Below are positions 26,924-37,850 of a DNA stretch of 64,000 bases, in pieces. The number at the start of each line of letters is the position of its first letter. Within the stretch, counting starts at the first letter, position 1. Made by a program: the position numbers and the translations under genes. The notes beneath the pieces are model-generated. The model did no database searches. It was not told the DNA's origin and saw nothing but the letters and a program-made list of their open reading frames with translations. The stretch comes from Eledone cirrhosa (taxonomy: Eukaryota), in the NCBI GenBank assembly GCA_964016885.1, contig OZ024742.1, positions 238,452,001 through 238,516,000 of the forward strand, read 5' to 3'.

Positions 26924-26959
26924 TCTTCTGATGAAGGACTAGCGTCTGAAACATTAAGA
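26924..26959 (+). ncRNA. Minimal (Penelope-type) type I hammerhead motif
   Basis: TCTT-CTGATGA-A-GGAC(TAGC)GTCT-GAAA-CA-TT-AAGA; one substitution away from the palindromic GAAACGTT stem III. Confidence 0.65.
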
Positions 26960-27105
26960 CTCTCTTCCTGCTATATCAAGCGTTAACCTAATGTATTCCT
27001 TCCATATACTGTACCATTTATGTTGTTATTTCTGTTTACCTTTTACATACATATATATATATAGACCCACATATCAGCACAGCAGATGCAAGACCACTGT
27101 AAACA

Positions 27106-27212
27106 TCAATGGCACTCATAGTCAAGTACCAAAGGTTTTGAATCTGGAAAGAATTCACTTTTGCTTGGTCGCAGAAGTTCCTGAATATGTTGGACTATTA
27201 ACTCTATGGCAA
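27106..27212 (-). CDS. UCK2: Uridine-cytidine kinase, last coding exon (VAIELIVQHIQELLRPSKSEFFPDSKPLVLDYECH*)
   Basis: VAIxLIVQHIQ motif; acceptor ttctttcag|; TGA at 27108-27106. The seven exons sum to 756 nt (251 aa plus stop). Confidence 0.93.
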
Positions 27213-27771
27213 CTGAAAGAAATATGCAAAATAATCAAATAAAATATATGATATATGTTAATTACAAGTATTGGTTAACATTGTCACTATATTGAACATT
27301 TCATTACCATATTTCTAATTACATATAATGTATTTCAATTAATTAATATATGATAGTCACAAGTCTTGGTTAATCTTTTCATGACCATATTTCTAATAAC
27401 AAATGTATAATCCACAAACCTAAGACTAAGCCTGAATGCTTACAACAGAGCAAGCTCCACAAAAAGTACCTACGAACCAGGTAGGGATGTTAAACCAGGT
27501 GACATATTAAATTTACCACCAAGACACAGAAGACATAAAGCTGAAACAAATACTGCAAGTCAACTCTGATCATCATCATCATTTAATGTCTGTTTTCTCT
27601 GCTGGCAAGGCTTGCACAGGTCTTCAAGAACCAAGTCAATACTCATGTAGAGCTAGTGACTTCTCATCAGGTCAGGGCCCTATATCTTGCTTACATAAGT
27701 TTCCACACACTACCGAGTGCATTTTATTGTGAAACCAACATTTGGGATGTTGCTGTGTCATAGTTGTGGGT

Positions 27772-28610
27772 ATGGTGTGGTGTGCGGTGGCTGGAGGCTG
27801 GGGAGTGCTCGACCGGAAGAGTGCTTGACCGGAAGGGTGCTTGACCGGAAGTGTGCTTGACCGGAACTGTGCTTGACCGGAAGGGTGCTTGACCGGAAGG
27901 GTGCTTGACCGGAAGTGTGCTTGACCGGAAGGGTGCTCGATCGGAAGGGTGCTCGACCGGAAGGGCCAGCAGGTCTGCCTCTCTCTAGCGTGGTCAGCGA
28001 AGGTGGTAGACGTCAGTTTTGGAGCTCCCAGTTAACGAGTTGGATTGTACGCACGTGGGAGAGGAGAAACCAGCCATTGGATTGCCAGTGCCAACAATAA
28101 GCGGTAAGTGAAGTAGCTTTTTCTAACCACAAGCTATTTCGGCACTGGAAGACGATAAAAAAAGAACTTTCTCAAAAACAGAGAGGAGTCTGTGGTTTTT
28201 TATTACTTACCGCATGACAAAATTAGGATATGGCAACGAGATTACGAATGAGCGGAGAAGCGATTAGAACATTTACCGGTGAAGGCGATGTTGTCGCTTG
28301 GTTGCGAAAAGTCCGGCTGGTCGCAAGCTTACAGAAGATAGAAGATGTAGCTGGCCTCATGGCACTGTACCTCGAAGAGGATGCGTTGGCACTCTTCCTA
28401 GAGATGGATGAACACAACCAAAGGGATGCGCAAAAGATTGAGAGGCGTATGATGGAAGCGTTCGCGGAAGGACTGTTAGCCGCTTTTGCTAAGCTGGCAA
28501 GGATTAGATGGAACGGTGAACGCGTTGACATTTTCGCAGCAGAAATACGGCGATTGGCCATGTTGGCTGGATATCAGGTGGAATACGAATGTAGTAGTGT
28601 CGGATACTAA
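27772..28610 (+). mobile_element. Gypsy-like LTR element relic (putative LTR plus truncated gag) in the last UCK intron
   Basis: ORF 28230-28610 MATRLRMSGEAIRTFTGEGDVVAWL...; paralogous to 18280-18820. Confidence 0.7.
27805..27964 (+). repeat. 10 x 16-bp tandem repeat GTGCTTGACCGGAAG(G/T) in a putative LTR
   Basis: Units counted directly. Confidence 0.95.
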
Positions 28611-29030
28611 GTCTTTTCTAGAGAAGAATGTACCACCCAACACAAATTAGTTGTTAGTGACATCAAAGTCCTCAGCCCACTTCTATTTATTATAGTTCTC
28701 CAGGCCATTACAGAGAGCTTTAAGACTAGCTGTCCATGGGATCATCTATATGTCGATGGTCTGGTTCTTATAGCTGAAGCTGTGGAAAAGCTAGAGAAGA
28801 AATTCCAAAAATCAGAATCAAAAGGGCTCCAAGAAAACCTAGCAAAGATCAAAGTTTTAGCAAGTAGAAAAGAGGATAAGACTCTGATTCCATCAGGAAA
28901 GTGACTATGCTCGACATGTGGAAAAGGAGTAGGGTAAGAAATCTATACAATGTACACAATGTAAGGGATGAATGCACAAGAGGTGTAATGGGATTGTAGA
29001 CAGCTAACAGAAAAAATAGACTTTGCAGGT
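28610..29030 (+). mobile_element. RTE LINE fragment (RT end plus Cys-rich insertion)
   Basis: Similar to 46720-46990 and 42650-42850. Confidence 0.65.
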
Positions 29031-29660
29031 TTCCTTAAGAGGACAAGTGCCTCAGTCTTCACAGCACTGACTTTCATTCCTGCCAAGCAGCACTTGGCAG
29101 CAAAACTATCAACTACATGTTGAAGATCAACAACCAATGAGTGAAGTGATACAAGGTCATCTGCAAATTCCAGTCAACTGATCCCACACCCACCAGTCTT
29201 GATATCACTTCCAACCCAGTTGTACATGTCAATCCTGTCCATGAAGATTATAAGCAGGAGAGGTGTCAGTACGCATCCTTTGCAGAGTCCAACATCCACA
29301 TTGAATGGTTTTGACTTACCACCATTTATCTGAACACAAATACTACAGCATTCATATAGAGACATCAGGGTAAAAAGTAGCTGCCCATTGATTCCATATT
29401 CCCACAGAACCTTCCACAATAGGTCCCATGGAAAGTGATCTATGAAAAAAAGCATACACTTCTTAGCAAAACTCCCACAATGTTTCAAAGACCTGCTGCA
29501 GTGTGAATATCTGGTCGGCTGTGCTGCATCCTGGGTGAACCACATTGTTTATCAGCTGGCTTGGTCTCAACAATTACCCTACATTTCTTTGCCGGACACT
29601 CAATATAGACTTTACCAGGAAGGCTTAACACGATCCCTCTATAATTCGAGCAATCTCTCA
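29030..29660 (-). mobile_element. RTE LINE reverse-transcriptase fragment (family of 52040-54340)
   Basis: LLWKVLWEYGING...VGLCKGCVLTPLLLIIFMD...LEFADDLV. Confidence 0.85.
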
Positions 29661-29714
29661 TCTCCCTTTTTTATTATCACTCCCAATTGCCATTGCTTAG
29701 GTGCCTTTCCATGA

Positions 29715-30007
29715 CTTTTGGAAATATTTTTTCACGCTTAGAGTTGCTGAAGCATGGAACAAACTGCCTGCGTCAGTTGTTAGCTGCCGAGACACTGCAT
29801 CCTTTAAAACCCTCATGCTTCCCGAAATTCGCCAAAACTACACCTGATGTCCCCCTTCCATACACTTGCACACATGTGTATATCATGACTCATCCACTGT
29901 TCATTTTCCTGGCGTTTGTACATTACCCTATGTACTATACATATACTTTTAATGAGTTGTAGTGCACCTGAGCACTGTACACAATATTTTCATTATTATT
30001 ATTATTA
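29715..30007 (+). mobile_element. CR1/L2-type LINE 3' end with (ATT)n tail
   Basis: FFTLRVAEAWNKLPASVVSCRDTASFK motif followed by a 3' UTR and an attattatt tail. Confidence 0.7.
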
Positions 30008-30179
30008 TCCAGGCCACCTCACACACACACAAGTCAACCACCAGAGAATATCTTCTCTATTTAAGGCTTTTAACATCTTCCATCCAAATTTTATCTTCCC
30101 CAGTGGCCTTGCCACATTTGAGCTCTTTAATTGTTCTTGTGACCTCATCCTCCAAGAGATTAGTACAAAAGATACATAC

Positions 30180-30228
30180 CAGTATTATCAGCACCTCTTG
30201 GTATGATGACATCAGCATATTTCTTTGT
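30180..30228 (-). CDS. UCK2: Uridine-cytidine kinase, exon 6 (TKKYADVIIPRGADNT)
   Basis: Near-invariant TKKYADVIIPRG motif; acceptor tctttcag|, donor G|gtatgt; 49 nt. Confidence 0.95.
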
Positions 30229-30544
30229 CTGAAAGACAAACATAAATATAAAACAGACATGAGGAGTTGTACAAGATTTATCAGTTTACAATTTATTACT
30301 ATATAGAAATGTTTTTGAAAACCCTAATCCCAGGTCCCATGAAAAGCTTCATACTCATCATGAGGTCCTTTCTGAGGCAAACTTTCATGTCCTGATGCCC
30401 TTCCTGGACATAAGCTTTTTAGTCACCCATTACAATAGGCAGAGATATGGTGTACCTACTCTGAATCAGATATACACAGCTTTTTGTTTTTAATTATAAT
30501 TGAAACTATAGGTGAAATTATGGTAAGATTATACTGGTACTTAC

Positions 30545-30642
30545 TGGTAGGCAGAATTCTTCAAATGCAGGTTTGACAAGTGATGTATATTGGTTAAGAA
30601 TATGTTCAAGGTCTCTGCCTCTCAAGTGTACATCTCTATTAA
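30545..30642 (-). CDS. UCK2: Uridine-cytidine kinase, exon 5 ([33 protein letters not shown])
   Basis: RD..RGRDL and [11 protein letters not shown] motifs; acceptor ttgccag|, donor |gtaagt; 98 nt. Confidence 0.95.
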
Positions 30643-32816
30643 CTGGCAAAGAGAGAGAAAGATATAAAGTTTGAAATAATAAACATTCAGTACAGTAAGA
30701 AGGGAGAGTAACCAATATTAACCATGGCACTTTATTCCTTACACTTAATGCAAATAATTAAAGTACATCTCTGGTAACTTTCACGCCACCTACATGCACA
30801 CATATACATACACACACACAGAGATGCATGCATGCACACACGCACCTGCACACACACACTTACAAGGAAAGTCATCAACTGACAATGTAAGCTGTGCAAA
30901 ACAAAGACTGAAGATGTTAACCACATTATGGCCAACTGTGCAAATGAAGGAAAATACCTACAGACCATTGATGAAGAGTTCGCAGATCCAGTATCCAAGA
31001 TACACATTGAGCTTCATACCAGTTACTATTGGAGATACAGGTTATATACTAACCCGCCTCTACCAATATATAACTGAACTTAGATTCATCATCACCGTTT
31101 TACGTCCATTCTTCCACGCTAGCATGGGTTAGACTACCTGTCCTGATGCCCTTCCTGGACATAAGCTTTTTAGTCACCCATTACAATATGCAGAGATATA
31201 GTGTCCTACTCTGAATCAGATATACACAGCTTTTTGTTTTTAATTATAATTGAAATTAGAACTGAAATTATAATTGAAACTATAGGTGAAATTATAATTG
31301 AAATTTATATCTTGGTAAGTCCATAGGAGAGGCACTGCTCATGGCCGCCCCAGGTCCTGTGACACTGGAGAGATAAATGCTGTTGATGTTTTGATAAAGA
31401 TAAGAGCAAGGAGGGGGACATCCAGAAAGCCATCAGGTCTATGAACAAGTGACTTGAGGTAGGGCTGAGTATTAGTGTAAAGTCGAGGACTTGGAGACAA
31501 CATTGGGGGGGGGGGGTATGAGGAGGAAAGATGAGTGGGTCAGGAATGCCTGAGTAGAAGTGACTTAAGTCCAGCAAGTTCCAAGGAGTAAAGAGCACTG
31601 TAGGTAATGGTAGCACAAGCAGGAGGAGACAACACATTTATAGACCAGAGAATGGTAGAAATGGATTTTAACCCCTGAAACCTCCACTTGGTGCTATAAT
31701 ACAAAACTTTATTTTAAAACGTTTATATTTAACTAAAAACATTTAAGAATCTTTGTTAAGCTATGCTCCAAACACCAGCTAAATAACAACAAAATTAGTT
31801 GTACATACGTAGGTACATACATACGTACATATGTACATAAATATGTACGTACATATGTACATATGTATACACCTACATATATACGTATGTACGTACATAC
31901 ATTCATGCGTACATATGTGCATGCATATGTACATACATACATCATACATACATTACTTATCATTGTTGAATATACATTAAATTTGGAAATGTAGTCACCT
32001 CAGTGCAGATAACTATAAATAATTGAATAACAGAAGTGAAGTACTCAGGGAGATGGTAAAAACTGGACAGATGTGTCTGTGGAGAATTGAACCATGTATC
32101 TCTCACATGCCAGGTAAATACATTTAACAGAATATTCAATTCATGAATTAACAAGTAATCATCATCATCACCATTTAACATCTATTTTCCATGCTTACAT
32201 GGGTTAAATAGGTTGTCACATTATGAGGCTAAACAGATCAGTTGACATCTTGCTCATGCATTCCATTTTCAGCTTGACTTTCTATGGCTGGATGTCTTTC
32301 CTATCATCAACCACCTTACAGCATATGCTGCGAGTTTTTCATGGCACTACCACTATCACCTTACAGGGTAGACTGGGTGCTTTTTCAAGGCACCAGTTAA
32401 TGTACTAGTATTATGGAAATATCCAAAGTGGTCGTGTGGTGTTATAACCTGTCACACAATTTCACATGGGTGAATGTGGACTGTACAACGGAAACAGGCT
32501 TAGTAATTTTCTTTTGGGGTCAGAGTAAGAAGTGTTGAAAACTAGGTTCATCAGCTTACCAATGTATAAGTTTAAATTATTTTATTTAGGAGAATGAAAC
32601 ATTTAAGTGAGAGAAGGGCTAACCTAGGGGCTAAATACCAAAGTACCTTCTCTGGACACAGTGTATAATGAATTCTAGCATAATCAGGTTTAAAGAAAGA
32701 TAACTGGTGGCAGACAGATAGATTCTATAACAACCAATGTACAGAATGACAAACATGGTCACTTGATATGACAAGTTATGAAATATTTTGAAATACAAAA
32801 AAGTGATATAACATAC

Positions 32817-32959
32817 CACGTCTTGCTAACCGTGTATCTGCATCTGTGTCAACAAACAACTTCATGTTAAATAGGTCACGGATTTCTTTAAAATAAAATG
32901 CCAAAATTCCTTCTATGAAAATTACATCAGGGTGCTCCAGAAAATCACCATTTTCTTCC
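32817..32959 (-). CDS. UCK2: Uridine-cytidine kinase, exon 4 ([47 protein letters not shown])
   Basis: EGIL and [15 protein letters not shown] motifs; acceptor cctag|, donor G|gtatgt; 143 nt. Confidence 0.95.
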
Positions 32960-33406
32960 CTAGGTTAAAAAACATGTTTGGTTACAAGAGACATTGCAGC
33001 TACAAAATAGAGGTTGTGAAAAACAATAGAAAATCATTATCATTTTTATGTCAACTTTTCCATACTGGCATGGGTTAGACAAAATCAGAAGCCCTTCTTG
33101 ACACCAAACCTTTTAGTCACTACCAACATACAATACAGAGATACAGTGTACCTATTCTAAACTAGATACACAGAGATATGGAGCATCTATTCTAAACTAG
33201 ATACACAGAGATATGATGCACCTATTCTAAACCAGATACACATAAATATGACATACCTATTATAAATAAGATACACATACATATTTAATTCTTTCATTGC
33301 CAGTGCAAGGTTTGGTATTTTACTGTCTCAGGCTTAGATTATGTTAGTTTTTTTGTGTTTTTCAAAAAACCTGTTGAAATACAATGAAATAAATTTTTAA
33401 AAAAGG

Positions 33407-34620
33407 TACAGAGCGAGTCAGTTTTTTAGGTTGAGGTCTAATTTTCTACTTACTAATTTGTTTTATTTTATTTTTCAGATAAATAATGCCAGACATTAAA
33501 TTGACTCAACAATTGAAAAGGCACACTGTAATTGTTGCCTTAAAAGCACAACATAATGATACAGTGATAGCTTCCTTCTTGAAAGTTGCCTGATCCTTTG
33601 TCATCAAAGTTAGAAAGGATCTGTAAGCTACTGAGGGGGATCCAACATCAGCGGCCAAGCACAAAATACATGCTAATACAATCAGTACACCTAAGTTTGT
33701 TAAAAAAGTTCAAAAATCAATCGATAAAACCTCAGGAAAATCAATAAAAGCCATCGCGAAGGACCTTAAGGTTTCAGAATGCACCATTAGAAGAGTTGTT
33801 CATGAAGACATCCAATACAAGTTGTATGTGATGAGGATGCGACAAAAGAAAATCGTTTGGTACATGCAAACCACTTACTGAATAAGACAAAATATTAAGA
33901 AGCTGAAATGCTTTGGTTCTTTTCTGATGAGAAAAACTTTGATCAGGACCAAAAGGAAGGAATGATAGATGGTTATGCAGAAACCCAGATGAGGTTTCAA
34001 CGGTTATGCACATCCAATTTCCAGTGACTGTGATGGTTCTGGGTGTCATAACCAATGAGGGAGATGTCATGCCTCCTCATTTTTTCTCAGGGCTTAAGAG
34101 TCAATGCTATTGTCTACAAAGTGGTGTTTGAGAAAGTTGTGAAGCCCTGTATAGATAGGGTAAGCAACGGAAATCATTCATCTTCCACCAAGACTCTGTG
34201 CCCTCTCATAAGGTGAAAACAACACAAGCATGGATGCATGACAAGTTTCATGACCACATTCTTCCAGACACATGGCCTCCTAGCTCACCATATCTCAATT
34301 CCCTGGACTATTATGCAGGGAGCATGTTTGAAAGGGAGGTCAATCATCACCCTCACAACACTATAGAATCTCTCAAGTCTGCCATTACCAGCACAATGAC
34401 TAGTATTGATAAAGGTCATCTGATTCGGGAATGCCAATGTATTGGATCCCGTATTGAAGTAGTTATTGAAGCCAACAGAGAATTAATTGAATAGATATCA
34501 TAAATGTGTTGTAAATAATATATGTACCAATTTGTATCTAAATATAGCATTTCTTTGATGTGCTATGTCTCTTTTTCTAAAGTCATGCAAATGTCCTTAA
34601 AAAAAATGGCACACCCTGTA
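33407..34620 (+). mobile_element. Tc1/mariner superfamily DD37D (maT-type) transposon, full length but with stops and frameshifts, in UCK intron 3
   Basis: TA flanks; imperfect TIRs CAGAGCGAGTCAGTTTTTTAGG / CCTTAAAAAAAATGGCACACCCTG; FFSDEKNF, HQDS and WPPSSPYLNSLDYY motifs, with 37 residues between the second and third Asp (counted). Confidence 0.88.
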
Positions 34621-35365
34621 TTTTTATAAAATTTGCTTTTTTTTTTACTTTGTCCAGACATGTGTTTCACAAATTAAATTAAATCATACCAGTATATTTT
34701 GGGCACACTAAAAGTATGGAAGGTGAAAGACATACCAGTACATTTCAGACATTCTAAGGGTTAAAAAGGTATTAGAGCTAGAGTTGTCATTTTGTTTGTT
34801 GTTCCATGCTTGCATGGGTTCGACGAAGCCCAGAGTACAATATTGTCCCTGATTCTATAATACAAAACTATTGTTTGAAAGTTTTTGTCATCATCGTATC
34901 CATTTTTCGTGCTATCAAAGTTTGGAAGGGCCATCATAGACCAAGTCAGGGCTCAAGGAGAGCTACTGACCTCTCAGATGAGCCAGATATCTTCTTTACT
35001 TATATTCCTGCATCCATCATAATTTTATGTAAGAATCTTTGTTATCTTATGCTCCAAACACCAGATAAATAATGAGAAAGTTAGTTATATTACTAAACCT
35101 CTCCAAATTCTTTATTTTTAAAATGATTTAAAAATCATAGGCAGTTTTTCTTTACAAATCATTACCATCATTACATTGATTTTTCCATGCTGGGATAGTT
35201 TTTGAGGTTATTTTTACAGTCAGATACCCATCCTAACACCAACCCTTTAAGTCACTTCTTACAACACACAGGAATACGGTGTACCTATTCTAAACCAGTA
35301 TACAGATCAGAAATATAACAAAAGTGATAAAATTTGAAAAAAATAGTGTAAAATATTGTGTTTAC

Positions 35366-35462
35366 TTTGTACATGAAATATAATTATATTTTGGTATCAT
35401 GGTAGGTTTAGAAGCTACCAAATTCATCACTGTCTCTAGCATTCTTTTATAGTCAAATGCAT
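35366..35462 (-). CDS. UCK2: Uridine-cytidine kinase, exon 3 (DAFDYKRMLETVMNLVASKPTMIPKYNYISCTK)
   Basis: Acceptor tttttcag|, donor AA|gtaaac; 97 nt keeps frame between exons 2 and 4; aligns to DAFD...IPVYDFVSHSR of UCK2. Confidence 0.9.
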
Positions 35463-37696
35463 CTGAAAAATATGAACAAATATAATTAATGTGACAGTTG
35501 TGATATGATAACCATGTGACATTTAAATAAGTGATGCCAGTGTTGGAGCTCATTAATGCACTGGGATAATTGCTGGCCTGGTGCCAAAAGTAGAAACAAT
35601 TATTAAACACAACTATAATGCTAAGCCTTAAATTGACAGATTGAAAGAGGTCATATATAAAAAAACACACAAAAAAATTAAAATATTTTAACTCCCTCAT
35701 TCCACCAAATACATCATTACTCATAAGAAGTAAGTTAGTTATATTACTAAATCTCTCCAAATTTTTGGTTACTTTTGAAATTATATGGAGTTTATGGAAA
35801 CTGCAAAACATTACCTCAAAAAGGACCCCATGGCGTGAATGAAGTCCATCATAGGGCCTGCAAGGCTAACCCTTATTTTAGCAGGGAAAATGGCCTTAAA
35901 AAGCTTGTGCTTTGTTGTGTTGTTTGTGTTTATTTCCCAGTTTTCTATACTATCTCTAAATATTGATAATAAAATATTTGATGTTTATTTAAAACATATT
36001 TCAAATTGTTTATTATTTTAGAATTTACAGTATTTTGCTGTATATGACATTCATTCTTTTCATATGCAATTCACATTCTATTTTTAATTATCACCACCAC
36101 CATCACAACCATTTTCTATATATCCACTTATCATACTAGAATGGGTTGAATGAGACTTTTTGAGGCAGTATTCTACTGCAGGGTATGCTTCCTGGTGCCA
36201 GCCTTTAGTTATTTTTAATGATAAATATAATTAGATAAATAATTTTTAGATAAATATACACTTTTTACTCACCTCTTACAACTAACAAGGACATGTGTAC
36301 CTATGTTAAATCAGATAGACACACCAATACGAAATATATACAGTGAATGTATTAGTACTACTACATATGCAGAATAGTTTTTCCCAAATTGAGATTCCAG
36401 GAATCTTTCCATGGGTCCCATGGAAAACTTCTGAGCTTCTATAAGATACTGTGTCTTTAAATAAAATTTAATAAAAATTGCTAGTTTTTTATATATGGAA
36501 AATTTTTCTTTAAAACAGGTTTCATTTCATTAAATCACTATAATCATTATCATCATTGTTTATTTTCCATGCTTTCATGGGTTAGATGGGTTGACACAGT
36601 GAGGCTACACAAACATGTCAGAGACTGCATCTTGCTCATATGTTCCATTTGGGGCACAGTTTCCACTGCTGAATGCCCTTCCTAAAGCCAAATACTTCAC
36701 TGTGTACCAGGTTCATTTTCTCGTAGCTCCACCACTACAACCTGACAGTGTGGATTGGGTACATATTATTGTGGTACCAGCAGTACTACTTTCCAAAGTG
36801 GGCCAGATGTATTTTATCATGATACTTGCACATTCACTTTCCAGTGTGGGCTGAGATAGCATCTTATTAAAATTAGGAGAAATAGAAATTAGGATAAAGT
36901 CAATTAAATCAACCCCACTACTTGACTGGAACTTCCATTTATTTTCCCCTGGAAGTATGAAAGGCAAAGTTGACCTCAGCAGAATTTGAACTTAAAGTGT
37001 TAAGAGCCAGAACAAATTTCGCAAAGTATTTTGTCCAACATTCTAGTTATACTACCAATCAACCACACTGCCAGCCAGTAATAATTGTTATTACTTTTGA
37101 TACAAGGTCAGCAATTTGAAGGGAAGGGGAAAGTCAATTAAATTGACCCCAGTGTATTACTGGTGCTTTATTTTACTGAACCCGTAAGGATGAAAGGTAA
37201 AGCTAACCTCGGCAGGATTTTAACTCACTGCTAGCCCATAATAATAATTATTATGAGCTAGTAAAATAATACCATCATCATCATCATTTAATGTCCATTT
37301 TCCACACTTGCATGGGTTGGACAGATTATCATGTTATGAGACATGTCAGGTCCCGAGACCATGTCTTGCTCATATGGATCTGTATTTTAGCTTGGTTTCT
37401 ACGGCTTCATGCCCTTCCTAATACCAACCACATTACAGTGTGGACTGGGTGCTTTTTATCATGGCACCAAAAGAATTACCTTACAGTGTGGACAGGGTGC
37501 TTTTTAACAATAATCTAATTTAGAGGAAAGGGGAAGTCGGTTGAAGGATAAAATGCAAAGTTGACTTTAGCGGGGTTTGAACTGAAAACATAAAGAGCTG
37601 AAACAAATACTACTAAGCATTTGTCCCATGTTTGAATGACTCACCCAATCAACTGCCCTCAACTAACCCATAATAATAAAGTAAAATAATACACAC

Positions 37697-37850
37697 CTGG
37701 ATGATCAAAATTAAATTCTCCTTTAATTGCTTTTTTCTTCTCATCTTCATTAAGGTCACGATAGAAAGCATCTTGACTAACAATCACAACCTGTCGACCA
37801 TTGCTGTCCAGGTATTTCAGTTGATCAATAATTTTAGCACATACCGAAGA
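37697..37850 (-). CDS. UCK2: Uridine-cytidine kinase, exon 2 (SSVCAKIIDQ...VSQDAFYRDL...EFNFDHP)
   Basis: Acceptor ttcttgcag|, donor G|gtgtgt; SQDxFY (catalytic Asp) and NFDHP motifs; 154 nt. Confidence 0.95.
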
